DNA of 64,000 nucleotides from an uncultured Bacteroidales bacterium (GTDB lineage Bacteria > Bacteroidota > Bacteroidia > Bacteroidales > UBA10428): assembly GCA_964592225.1 (NCBI GenBank), contig CAZQCO010000005.1, forward strand, positions 10,273 through 74,272, written 5' to 3'. Shown here piece after piece: positions 48,002-57,519 of this stretch. The translations under genes and the position numbers were made by a program. A model generated the notes under the pieces. It had not been told where the DNA came from, made no database searches, and worked only from the letters and a program-made list of their open reading frames with translations. Within the stretch, counting starts at the first letter, position 1; each line of letters starts with the position of its first letter.

Positions 48002-49522
48002 TTATAACTCACAGTAAATACCATCGTTCGTCAGGTTTTTGCAGGGATAGCGCCAAGTCATATTTTCTCCCTCGATAATATCATCGGCTACTTGCGGCCC
48101 CCATGTCCCGGCAGGATATCCGTGAAGGGGATAATCAGTATTTCCTTCCCAGTAACGAAGTAATGGGTCGAAAAATCTCCACGCTTCTTCCGCCGCATCA
48201 CTCCTTGTGTAAAGAGTGGCATTGTTGTTCATACAATCCAGAATCAATCTCTGATAGGCATCCGGAATAGCCTCCTCACCCAGATCGGAGTAATGAAAAT
48301 CCATATTCACCTGTTGTACCCGGAATCCAATTCCGGGAATTTTCATGCCAAATTTAAGCAAAATACCTTCGTCAGGCTGAATTCTTATAACAAGTTGATT
48401 ATCGTGATTCAATTCCTGTTCGTTAAAACAGTATAATTTGTGAGGTGTAGGCTTGAAATGTATCACTGCCTCAGTAACACGGGTAGGGAGTCGTTTACCT
48501 GTACGAATATAAAACGGGACACCTCCCCAGCGCCAGTTATCAATAAATAATTTCATAGCCAGGAAGGTTTCTGTACGTGAATTGGACGCAATATTTTTCT
48601 CGTCCCGATAACTCTTCATATTTTGTCCTCTAACAGATGAATCCATATACTGACCCCTAATTACCTGCTGTTCAATATTTCGTATATCAATGGGCTTCAG
48701 AGCCTGAAAGATTTTAAGCGTTTCGTTCCTGATTGCCGTCGGGTTATTCACTGCCGGTGGTTCCATGGCTATTATGGCTGTCAGCTGCAAGAGATGGTTC
48801 TGCACCATATCGCGCAAAGCACCTGTCGAATCATAATAACCTCCCCTATCTTCAACGCCTTCACTCTCTGCCGAAGTAATTTCGACATGGTGAATATAAT
48901 TACGATTCCACAGCGGCTCAAAGATTCCATTTGAAAACCTTGTTACCATAATATTCTGGACTGTCTCTTTCCCCAGGTAGTGATCAATACGGAAAATCTG
49001 ATCCTCCTTAAAATATGACTGCAACTGTCGATTAAGTTCCCTGGCCGAAACAAGATTGAAGCCGAAGGGTTTCTCAATTACAATTCGCCGCCAGTGATTA
49101 TCGGTTTCAATAGTAATTCCCAATTCTGATAAGGCAGCGGGAATTATCTGATACAGTGATGGTGGTGTGGCAAGGTAAAATATATAATTTGCGGGGATGT
49201 TAAGATTAGTTGTTATCTCTTCCAGTCTTGATTTCAGTTTACTATATTCTCCCTGAGAGTTAGTATCAAGTGAAACATAATGAAGTTGTTGAATAAATTG
49301 CTCCCAACTCTTATTATTATCATTATCAATCTTTACATCAACATCGATTTTTTTCCGGAAAGTGTCATCGTCATAGGCGGTACGTCCTACTCCAAGAACC
49401 GCAAAATTATCGGGTAGTAGATTCTGAAGATACAGTTGAAAGAGGGCAGGAATTAATTTTCTTTTTGCCAGATCGCCAGATGCACCAAAAATTATTAAGA
49501 CATGATCCTGAGGTTTTTTCAT
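48002..49522 (-). CDS. zwf: Glucose-6-phosphate 1-dehydrogenase
   Basis: 506 aa with 'IFGASGDLAKRKL', 'RIDHYLGKE' and the 'EKPFG' region. Confidence 0.95.
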   Translation of the reverse strand: MKKPQDHVLIIFGASGDLAKRKLIPALFQLYLQNLLPDNFAVLGVGRTAYDDDTFRKKIDVDVKIDNDNNKSWEQFIQQLHYVSLDTNSQGEYSKLKSRLEEITTNLNIPANYIFYLATPPSLYQIIPAALSELGITIETDNHWRRIVIEKPFGFNLVSARELNRQLQSYFKEDQIFRIDHYLGKETVQNIMVTRFSNGIFEPLWNRNYIHHVEITSAESEGVEDRGGYYDSTGALRDMVQNHLLQLTAIIAMEPPAVNNPTAIRNETLKIFQALKPIDIRNIEQQVIRGQYMDSSVRGQNMKSYRDEKNIASNSRTETFLAMKLFIDNWRWGGVPFYIRTGKRLPTRVTEAVIHFKPTPHKLYCFNEQELNHDNQLVIRIQPDEGILLKFGMKIPGIGFRVQQVNMDFHYSDLGEEAIPDAYQRLILDCMNNNATLYTRSDAAEEAWRFFDPLLRYWEGNTDYPLHGYPAGTWGPQVADDIIEGENMTWRYPCKNLTNDGIYCEL

Positions 49523-49554
49523 GAGAAAATATAACTATGAATAATTTGTCAAAA

Positions 49555-51771
49555 TTAGCCAATTTCTCTGAGTTGCGACGCATTAACAAAAAGCATATCG
49601 CCTATATCATCATAACCTGAGAAAAGTTTGTCATCGAATTTCAACTGATCTTCAATAAAACCAACCATTGTCAGTCCGGCGTTTTTCGATCGTTCGTTTA
49701 TTAAACTCTTATAGCTAATATTTTCTTCCATTTCCAAAATTTCAATATTTTTCGGGGATATGGGTAACCTGCCACTTTGTATCAGTTCGGTAAGTTTATC
49801 TTTGCTTTCTTCAACCTGCTGTTTTCGTGCTATTTCGAAGATTTTTATCTTTCCCTTTCTCCAGGCAGGATGTCCGAGTATAATATAACTTAAAAGGATC
49901 ATGAGGTTTGCATTCTCCTGATCGATACTTCGAATCCATACATGTATTCCCTGTTTGATATTTATTTGATGATGAGTAGATGCCAATACACAAATATCCA
50001 TTTTAGCAGCTTTAGCCAGCGCCATATTCTGTAGAATTGGATGAACCTGTTCAGATTTTTGTTTATCAAATTCAAACAGTATCATGTTATTCGGCATACC
50101 GGAAATACCGGGAAGCTGAACAGTCTGAGCAATTGCCGATGTAAATGAAGGCGAAATCAGCGTATCCATATACACATTGTTATTCTCACCACCTAGTTCA
50201 ATAAGCTGTCGTAATATTTCTTTCGCTTTCGAATTTGAAGCATTTGAAAAATAATCTTCAATAAGATGAATATAAGTACCAAAACCATACCGAACTGATA
50301 TCCAACCCAGCAATTGCAATGCTTTCTCATTTTCGAATGTTCGTTTTGACACACACACTACTGATGGCCTCCAGCGATCACTATCTCTTGCTTTACGTTT
50401 CTTCTGCATATAAACCTGGATTATTCGGCTAAACTGGAAAATGGACCCTTGAAAAATTGCAGCCATCCCTCCACGGTCATTATGCTGATAGGATACGATC
50501 AGATATAGCAGTATCATAACAATAAATGCTAATAAGGCATAATAGGGTTGCATCTTAAACATCAACCATGTGCACATAAGAAATCCAAATAGCGAAAAAT
50601 ACCAGCGAGAACGGTATACAGGACGATAGGATGGATCGGCTCCAAAATGATAGAGAAATGAGATAAGACAAATGGATCCGTAGGTTACCATGAAAAACAT
50701 AGAAATAATCTGAGCAACAAAATTAACACCGCCTATAAATACAAATACCAGGGCTAAAAGACTTGTAAAAAAAGTTGCGTTATAAGGCTCATTTGCTTTT
50801 CCTCTGCCTTTGGCCATTATCCTATTCATACCGGTCAGGGGGATTGAACCGTCGAGTGCGAGTGCCTGAAGTGTACGGGGGGCAACAAGAATAGAACCAA
50901 TGGCCGAGGATAATGTAGATGCCGCCAGACCAATAGGAATAAATACGGTACCAAATAGTGCGATCTTACCCATAATTAACTGATCCCCCACCAAATCATC
51001 GGGCGATGCCGATATGGCAAGTTTATAGGCAATAAAGAAATATATGATCATACCCAAAACAGTAGCTAATGTAGTACCCAGTGGAATTGAGCGGCTTGGA
51101 TTCTTTAAATCGCCTGAAAGTCCTACACCAGCAGTCATTCCAGTAAAAGCCGGAAAAATAATAGCAAAAACGACGAAAAATGAAGCCTGAATATTACCCG
51201 ATTTCAGAGAAAACAGATGGGCTGGGTAAACATCATTGTAGCCTGTATCGCCTAGGAAAAATAAAAATAAACTCAGAGCAAGTATCGCTACAATAATATA
51301 AAGAGTTTTTACTCCGATATTTGCGCCTTTTTTTAAAATAACATATGATAATAATATCATACTCGGAACACTAATAATCCTGCGTGCCCATGCTTCAGGC
51401 ATATCAAGAAGATTGAGAAGAGGAGAAAATGCTTCGGTGAATGCTATTACATAGAATGCTACGCTTATTGCCTGTGATAAATATAATGAAATACCAATGG
51501 TTGCTCCAATATTTAATCCGAACGAACGACTGATAATGAAGTATTCTCCCCCACCCTCGACACGCTGGTTTGTTGCCAACTCAGAAATTGCCAGAGCAGT
51601 GGGAATAGTTACAAGATGTCCGAGGATAATTATACCAAGGGTGCCGATGAAACCAAGCATGCCCACCGCAAATCCAAAACGAAGAAAAAGGATAGCACCA
51701 AGTATTGTTGATATCGCAGTAAAAAATACCGGTGCCGTACCAAAACTTTTACCTGATTTATCAATTGCCAT
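49555..51771 (-). CDS. APC-superfamily permease with a large cytoplasmic C-domain (SLC12 / cation-chloride-cotransporter-like)
   Basis: 738 aa. About 12 TM segments with amino-acid-permease-like motifs, followed by a roughly 280-aa soluble C-terminal domain. Confidence 0.8.
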   Translation of the reverse strand: MAIDKSGKSFGTAPVFFTAISTILGAILFLRFGFAVGMLGFIGTLGIIILGHLVTIPTALAISELATNQRVEGGGEYFIISRSFGLNIGATIGISLYLSQAISVAFYVIAFTEAFSPLLNLLDMPEAWARRIISVPSMILLSYVILKKGANIGVKTLYIIVAILALSLFLFFLGDTGYNDVYPAHLFSLKSGNIQASFFVVFAIIFPAFTGMTAGVGLSGDLKNPSRSIPLGTTLATVLGMIIYFFIAYKLAISASPDDLVGDQLIMGKIALFGTVFIPIGLAASTLSSAIGSILVAPRTLQALALDGSIPLTGMNRIMAKGRGKANEPYNATFFTSLLALVFVFIGGVNFVAQIISMFFMVTYGSICLISFLYHFGADPSYRPVYRSRWYFSLFGFLMCTWLMFKMQPYYALLAFIVMILLYLIVSYQHNDRGGMAAIFQGSIFQFSRIIQVYMQKKRKARDSDRWRPSVVCVSKRTFENEKALQLLGWISVRYGFGTYIHLIEDYFSNASNSKAKEILRQLIELGGENNNVYMDTLISPSFTSAIAQTVQLPGISGMPNNMILFEFDKQKSEQVHPILQNMALAKAAKMDICVLASTHHQINIKQGIHVWIRSIDQENANLMILLSYIILGHPAWRKGKIKIFEIARKQQVEESKDKLTELIQSGRLPISPKNIEILEMEENISYKSLINERSKNAGLTMVGFIEDQLKFDDKLFSGYDDIGDMLFVNASQLREIG

Positions 51772-51852
51772 GTTTTATAGAATCTGCATAATTCTTGCGA
51801 AGATATTAAATCAATGTTGCTTCCTGACATATAGGAATTAAAATCGTTGTTG

Positions 51853-51880
51853 ATAAAAAAACCCGGTGAGATTCACCGGG
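51853..51880 (-). terminator. Intrinsic terminator for the 51905..52324 gene
   Basis: cccggtga (51862-51869) / gat / tcaccggg (51873-51880). On the minus strand the stem is followed by a T8 run (plus-strand A-run 51854-51861). Confidence 0.72.
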
Positions 51881-51904
51881 TATATAGTTGTAAGTATTTA
51901 TTGT

Positions 51905-52324
51905 TCATTGAATCATAACTATATCAATTACGGAATTACCTTTCAGATTATCGCGAAATTTAACCAACAAATCATAAAAACCTGTTTTGCTGCAAACAAA
52001 GCTGACATTTTCAAAATACTTATCACCAAGCACATTTGTTAATACTAATATGTCAGCATCCATTAATTCAATTACTGCTTCTCCAATATAATCATCTAAA
52101 TGATTCGCAATTTTGAATATATACTTAGTTCCTTTATTAAATTTCAGCGTTACAAAATATTCATTTTCATAATCAATATCACTTATATGGTCAAGTCTGA
52201 AATCAACTTGTTTTATAAAAATTTCTCTCTGCCCAAATGATCTTCCTGATACTCCGAACAAACAAATTACCAGCAGGCCCAATCTAAATAATTTTATCAT
52301 TTGACAATGTTTTACTGATTTCAA
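51905..52324 (-). CDS. Hypothetical secreted protein
   Basis: 139 aa with an N-terminal hydrophobic signal-like segment (LFRLGLLVICLFGVSGRSFG). No motif recognised. Confidence 0.5.
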   Translation of the reverse strand: MKSVKHCQMIKLFRLGLLVICLFGVSGRSFGQREIFIKQVDFRLDHISDIDYENEYFVTLKFNKGTKYIFKIANHLDDYIGEAVIELMDADILVLTNVLGDKYFENVSFVCSKTGFYDLLVKFRDNLKGNSVIDIVMIQ

Positions 52325-52350
52325 TTTATACCTGATTAATTTTTAAACTA

Positions 52351-53133
52351 CTATTCCATGTTTTTATTCTTCAGCCAGATAAACTTAGTGTCATAAAGAA
52401 TCAACCTGGCATGTTCCGAAACCCTCTGCGTGTCTGAGGTGCTGAGTCGTACAATTTCTTTCGATATGTATTCGATATAGTATTCTTTAGTCAGCCCCGT
52501 ACATTTTGTATCACCGTTCCGCATATAAAACAATGCCTTAACCTGCCGTTTCTCATCGAAACTTTTAAGTGCTTCAACCAAGGCTTCTAATCGGGTCCAT
52601 GAACTTCCATAAGTTCTCCACCATTCTTTTGCATTCATAATACTCAATTTCAATATTGTATTCCTCAGTTCTGCTTCAGCACTGGCTTCAAGCATTTTTC
52701 TATTGTTTGCATTGTTATAGTATTCGGGAAAAGTAATTTTTATAAATGACATTAAATCATCCTTCGGTAAATGATAACCGGTAAATCCAAAATTATTAAA
52801 GCTTATCTCTTCAAGAAGCCAACCGGCACGAATTGAAACATTATCGATATCATAAGCTACAATCTGTCCGTATCCGAAAACTTTTTCAGCTCCTGGATAT
52901 ATTAATGAGCCGGTATTAGTCAGTTTGACTACTTCATTGCGATCCAGTAGTTTAATGATCATAGGAATTGCTTGAGCTTCATAATTTTCGAGCTTGTCCC
53001 CAGCTTCTTTGACTGTTGTCCAGTCATTAGAAGTAAAATCTTTAACAAGGTTACCTATGTCATCCTGTATTTTGGCAAAGGTAATGGAGCATGTAAAGGC
53101 TGTTAGTAAAAATAAAAATCCAATTTTTCTCAT
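52351..53133 (-). CDS. Hypothetical secreted protein
   Basis: 260 aa with signal peptide MRKIGFLFLLTAFTCSITFA. No motif recognised. Confidence 0.5.
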   Translation of the reverse strand: MRKIGFLFLLTAFTCSITFAKIQDDIGNLVKDFTSNDWTTVKEAGDKLENYEAQAIPMIIKLLDRNEVVKLTNTGSLIYPGAEKVFGYGQIVAYDIDNVSIRAGWLLEEISFNNFGFTGYHLPKDDLMSFIKITFPEYYNNANNRKMLEASAEAELRNTILKLSIMNAKEWWRTYGSSWTRLEALVEALKSFDEKRQVKALFYMRNGDTKCTGLTKEYYIEYISKEIVRLSTSDTQRVSEHARLILYDTKFIWLKNKNME

Positions 53134-53371
53134 ACTTCTTTAATTTATTTGCTGATAGTTATAAAATTAATAAAATTTCGAATAATCCCAACCTTTGAGA
53201 TTATTGGTATTACCATAAAAAATTAAAGCCGGTTTAGCTAATCTTTTAATATCAGAATTACACTAAATTCAAATTAAGCTGGAAAATATAGTAAAATTTA
53301 TTATTCATCAATTTTCATTTTATAATTATGAGAACTATCTTTATAGTGAAAAATCTCTTAGTGTCTTTATA

Positions 53372-53527
53372 ATGCGTAAATTACTCTATATATTCTCTGT
53401 CTTTTTAATACTGACATCGCTGTCATGTCAGGCCAGCTATCGTGCTTCTGAGCGAAGAAGAAGAAAACAATGTGACTGCCCAAAGGAGACAAAAATCAAA
53501 CAAAGGAAAGCACACAGGTACAAATGA
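53372..53527 (+). CDS. Possible 51-aa secreted or lipid-anchored, highly basic micro-protein (not in the ORF track)
   Basis: Hand translation gives MRKLLYIFSVFLILTSLSCQASYRASERRRRKQCDCPKETKIKQRKAHRYK*. That is a signal-like N-terminus ending in Cys19, then an Arg/Lys-rich tail with CDC. It ends 34-79 nt before the HMA gene start, depending on which start is used. Confidence 0.3.
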   Translation: MRKLLYIFSVFLILTSLSCQASYRASERRRRKQCDCPKETKIKQRKAHRYK

Positions 53528-53606
53528 TTTCTATGTTTTTTTCATTACTAATTAACACTTATTGAATATATTAGCAATCCGAAAAGTACACCTGAATTAT
53601 TCACCT

Positions 53607-53945
53607 ATGAAAACTCCGGGAATCATATTTTTTCTATTTATACTTATTGGGTGTAAAAATAATTTCCCTGGCACAAATCAAAAGCCAGTTGAGGTTGCTG
53701 ATACGCTTGCATTAAAGACCGCCATACTTCGAGTTGACGGAATGACATGTGAAGGCTGTGAAAATACAATTAAGAAAATGGTCGGGAAAATTGAAGGTGT
53801 TAAAGAGGTTCATGCTTCCTTTACCGATTCTTTAACTACAGTTGTGTTTGATACATCGCTAGTAAATATTGTAGTTATTAGTGAAACCATTAATAATCTA
53901 GGCTATAAAGTAGTTGGTGAAATATTACCTCAGAAACGGGACTAA
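53607..53945 (+). CDS. Heavy-metal-associated (HMA) domain lipoprotein
   Basis: Preferred start is Met16 (MKTPGIIFFLFILIGCKNN, lipobox LIGC). The HMA motif 'VDGMTCEGCENTIKK' is present. Confidence 0.8.
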   Translation: MKTPGIIFFLFILIGCKNNFPGTNQKPVEVADTLALKTAILRVDGMTCEGCENTIKKMVGKIEGVKEVHASFTDSLTTVVFDTSLVNIVVISETINNLGYKVVGEILPQKRD

Positions 53946-53978
53946 ATAATAAATTTACATTCTTAAATAAAAAAAAAT

Positions 53979-54015
53979 ATATTCTTCCTTTAATAAGGGA
54001 AGAATATTATTTTTG
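53979..54015 (+). terminator. Intrinsic terminator after the HMA gene
   Basis: atattcttcc (53979-53988) / 9-nt loop / ggaagaatat (53998-54007) gives a 10-bp stem, followed by tatttttg. Confidence 0.75.
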
Positions 54016-54186
54016 CCAATTATTCAGTGCTGTTTGTGACTAAAAAATATTGGTGAGCATTTCGTAAAAAATTCTCAATAAAAATGTACCTTATGTAGGC
54101 TATTATTTTAATGCAATTTAAATAATGGCCGAGCTTAAATAAAGAGTTTATCTTAAATAAAAGTTTCACTAAATTGTGGCCTTTTA

Positions 54187-54222
54187 ATTAAAAAAAACAA
54201 TAACAATAACAATAACAATAAC
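54187..54222. repeat. Hexanucleotide microsatellite (ACAATA)x6
   Basis: Six perfect tandem copies at 54187-54222 plus a degenerate seventh. It ends 22 nt before the ATG of the first V-ATPase gene. Confidence 0.95.
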
Positions 54223-54244
54223 AATAACAATAAACAATATATCG

Positions 54245-54856
54245 ATGCAGAATAAACTTCAGGAGCTGACCGAAAAAATATACCAGGAAGGTGTCGAAAA
54301 GGGTAATGCTGAAGCACAGCAAATTCTAGAAAAAGCAAAGGCAGATGCGATTGAAATTATAGCAAATTCTAAAAAAGAAGCAGTAACTATTGTTGAAGAA
54401 GCCAAGAAAAAGGCTATTGAAATTAAAAGTAATACTGAATCGGAGATTAAACTATCAGGCAAACAAGCTTTCAATGCACTTAAACAACAGATAGTCGATC
54501 TGATAAATGGCGATATTACTTCTGCCTCAGTTAAAAGCGCTTTTGATAAGGACTTCATTAAAAAAATTATAGAAATAACTTTGGCTAATTGGGCAAAATC
54601 CGGCCAGAAAATGGATTTAGCTCTTCTTCTTCCTGCAAATGATGAAAAAACACTCTCCGATTTCTTTAAGAAAGAAGCAAAACAATATATCGACAAGGGT
54701 ATTACCGTTAAGTATGATTCATCAATAAATTCAGGGTTTCAGATCGGACCAAAAGACGGAAGTTATAAAGTATCCTTTACCGATAAAGATTTTATCAACT
54801 TCTTCAAACGATACTTGCGTCCCAAACTGGTTGAAATGCTTTTTAGTGCCAAATAG
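54245..54856 (+). CDS. ntpE: V-type ATPase subunit E
   Basis: 203 aa with a long Lys/Glu/Ala-rich N-terminal helix (peripheral-stalk type) and a globular C-terminus. It is the first gene of the operon. Confidence 0.78.
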   Translation: MQNKLQELTEKIYQEGVEKGNAEAQQILEKAKADAIEIIANSKKEAVTIVEEAKKKAIEIKSNTESEIKLSGKQAFNALKQQIVDLINGDITSASVKSAFDKDFIKKIIEITLANWAKSGQKMDLALLLPANDEKTLSDFFKKEAKQYIDKGITVKYDSSINSGFQIGPKDGSYKVSFTDKDFINFFKRYLRPKLVEMLFSAK

Positions 54857-54858
54857 TT

Positions 54859-55710
54859 ATGAGCAGACAATATCATTATCTGATTGCCGGCTTTCCCGAT
54901 TTATTTTTTGATGATTCAAAAATCTCAATTAAACTAAATGAATTCAGAGAATTGCTGAATGAAAACCTTCCGCAAAGCGATATGAATATTATACGCTTAT
55001 TCTTTTACAGGTACGACAATCAGAATATCCTGGCAAGACTTATGAGTAAGGATAACATTCATGACACGAGAGGCAATTTAACTGATACTGACATAGAAGC
55101 CCTGTTTGAGGCTGTAAAAGAGGGGGCCGATAGTACTGTTTCGCTTGGAATACCCTCCTATCTCGGAAAATTTATTGAAGCATACAAAGCCGAGACATCG
55201 CTTTTTGAAGGTAAAAACTGGGATATACAAATTAGTGAACTTTATTACGAATATATCACCTCCTTCCCTAATGCATTTGTTCGTAACTGGTTCTTATTTG
55301 AAAGAGATTTTCAAAATATACTCACTGCCGGTCAGTGCAGAAAACACAATATTCCAGTTGAAAACCAGCTTGTTGGTTCCGATGAACATATTGAAAAATT
55401 ATCGCGGAGCAACGCACGCGATTTCGGACTCGATAATGAATTTCCTTTTATCGAACAAATATTAAAAATTATTGAAGAGGAGGACCTTAAAGAATACGAA
55501 AAGAAAATTGATCGTATTAAATGGGATTACCTCGATGATGCTGTCTTTTTTTACTATTTCACAATCGAAAAACTTTTCTCATTTCTTGTTAAATTATCTA
55601 TTGTAGAACGGTGGTTAAGTTTGGATAAGGAGACCGGGAAAGAGTTATTTAATGAATTATTAAGCAACCTGGAGGCAACCTATGAGTTTCCTGAAGAATT
55701 TAAATTATAA
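54859..55710 (+). CDS. DUF2764 protein (V-ATPase subunit C/d-like in Bacteroidota operons)
   Basis: 283 aa. N-terminus 'YHYLIAGFPDL'. It holds the conserved position between E and A. Confidence 0.7.
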   Translation: MSRQYHYLIAGFPDLFFDDSKISIKLNEFRELLNENLPQSDMNIIRLFFYRYDNQNILARLMSKDNIHDTRGNLTDTDIEALFEAVKEGADSTVSLGIPSYLGKFIEAYKAETSLFEGKNWDIQISELYYEYITSFPNAFVRNWFLFERDFQNILTAGQCRKHNIPVENQLVGSDEHIEKLSRSNARDFGLDNEFPFIEQILKIIEEEDLKEYEKKIDRIKWDYLDDAVFFYYFTIEKLFSFLVKLSIVERWLSLDKETGKELFNELLSNLEATYEFPEEFKL

Positions 55711-55726
55711 CATTTAGTATATTGTT

Positions 55727-57496
55727 ATGTCAGTAAAAGGTAAAGTAAAAGGTATAATAGCGAATCTGGTAATTGTTGAAGTCAATGACCCGGTATCACA
55801 AAATGAAATATGTTACATAACTTCAGCCGGCACAAAACTTATGGCTGAGGTAATTAAGATAAATGGCCAGAATGCATTTGTGCAGGTATTTGAAAGTACA
55901 CGTGGGGTTAAAATTGATTCCGAAGTAGAATTTGCCGGACATTTACTTGAAGTAATGTTGGGTCCCGGAATTCTTTCAAAAAATTACGACGGCCTGCAGA
56001 ACGATCTGGACAAAATGGAAGGTGTTTTTCTGAAACGTGGCGAACATACCCATCCACTCGATCCGGATAAAGAATGGGAATTTAAACCGCTTGCAAAACC
56101 CGGTGATACAGTTGAAGCAGCTTCGTGGCTTGGACAGGTCGATGAAAACGGAATGACCCATAAAATCATGGTGCCTTTTACATTTAAGGGAACTTTTTCA
56201 GTAAAAAATATTGTAAAAGAAGGTAACTATAAAATTAATGATACAATAGCCGTTTTACTGGATAAGGATAATAAAGAAGTACCTGTTACTATGGTTCAGA
56301 AATGGCCCGTAAAAGTCCCTATCACTGCTTACAAGAAAAAGCCGCGTCCGTTTAAATTGCTGGAAACAGGTGTTCGTACTATAGATACACTGAATCCTAT
56401 TGTTGAAGGAGGAACCGGTTTTATTCCCGGCCCCTTTGGTTGCGGAAAAACCGTGCTTCAACATGCCATTTCGAAACAGGCCGAAGCCGATATTGTGATT
56501 ATGGCTGCTTGTGGCGAGCGTGCCAATGAGGTTGTGGAATTGTTCACAGAATTCCCCGAACTGGAAGATATCCGCACCGGAAAAAAACTGATGGAACGTA
56601 CCATAATCATTGCCAATACTTCTAACATGCCTGTTGCCGCCCGTGAAGCTTCGGTTTATACTGCCATGACATTGGGTGAATATTACCGGACCATGGGTCT
56701 GAAGGTGCTTATGCTTGCCGATTCCACTTCGCGCTGGGCCCAGGCACTAAGAGAAATGTCGAACCGACTTGAAGAACTTCCCGGTCCCGATGCATTCCCC
56801 ATGGATCTTCCGGCAATTATATCGAACTTTTATTCACGTGCAGGTTTCGTCTACCTTACAAACGGAGAAACAGGATCAATTACATTTATTGGTACCGTAT
56901 CACCTGCCGGTGGTAACTTGAAGGAACCTGTGACTGAATCGACAAAAAAAGTAGCCCGGTGTTTTTATGGACTGTCTCAACAACGTGCCGACAGCAAACG
57001 CTATCCGGCTGTGGACCCTATCGACAGCTATTCAAAATACCTTGAGTACCCTGAATTTGAAGAATATGTTGCAGATAGAATATCGGACAACTGGATTGAA
57101 CTGGTTAACCATGCAAAAACCGTTTTGCAAAGAGGAAAGGAAATCTACGAACAGATCAATATTCTTGGTGATGATGGAGTACCTGTTGAATATCACATAA
57201 CTTTCTGGAAATCGGAAATAATTGACTTTGTCATTCTCCAACAGGATGCTTTCGATGCGGTTGACCAATCGACTCCCATTGAAAGACAACAATATATGCT
57301 GGAGCATGTTCTCGCTGTCTGTGATTCCAATTTTAACTTCGAATCGTTCACTGATGTTGATGGTTACTTCAAACGGGTTATCAACTTATATAAGCAAATG
57401 AATTATTCTGAATTCAAGTCGGAGAAGTTCAATAAATTCAGTGATGAGCTTGAAGAAGTATTGAAAGAAAAACAGGTTGTATCAGAATTAGTCTAA
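55727..57496 (+). CDS. ntpA: V-type ATPase catalytic subunit A
   Basis: 589 aa with P-loop 'GPFGCGKTV', 'ERANEV' and 'LMLADSTSRWAQALRE'. Confidence 0.96.
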   Translation: MSVKGKVKGIIANLVIVEVNDPVSQNEICYITSAGTKLMAEVIKINGQNAFVQVFESTRGVKIDSEVEFAGHLLEVMLGPGILSKNYDGLQNDLDKMEGVFLKRGEHTHPLDPDKEWEFKPLAKPGDTVEAASWLGQVDENGMTHKIMVPFTFKGTFSVKNIVKEGNYKINDTIAVLLDKDNKEVPVTMVQKWPVKVPITAYKKKPRPFKLLETGVRTIDTLNPIVEGGTGFIPGPFGCGKTVLQHAISKQAEADIVIMAACGERANEVVELFTEFPELEDIRTGKKLMERTIIIANTSNMPVAAREASVYTAMTLGEYYRTMGLKVLMLADSTSRWAQALREMSNRLEELPGPDAFPMDLPAIISNFYSRAGFVYLTNGETGSITFIGTVSPAGGNLKEPVTESTKKVARCFYGLSQQRADSKRYPAVDPIDSYSKYLEYPEFEEYVADRISDNWIELVNHAKTVLQRGKEIYEQINILGDDGVPVEYHITFWKSEIIDFVILQQDAFDAVDQSTPIERQQYMLEHVLAVCDSNFNFESFTDVDGYFKRVINLYKQMNYSEFKSEKFNKFSDELEEVLKEKQVVSELV

Positions 57497-57519
57497 GTGA
57501 AACAAAAAAGAAAGATCAA

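Noticed and set aside
54153-54338. 61-aa minus-strand ORF with a poly-Leu run
   Set aside because: The Leu run is simply the (ACAATA)n microsatellite read on the opposite strand, and the ORF overlaps the ntpE start.
54259-54696. 145-aa minus-strand ORF antisense to ntpE. Similar antisense ORFs occur at 503-796, 4336-4641, 47296-47610, 51497-51841, 62279-62590 and 62873-63142.
   Set aside because: Each lies wholly inside a well-supported gene on the other strand and has low-complexity or Ser/Pro/Ile-rich composition typical of shadow frames.
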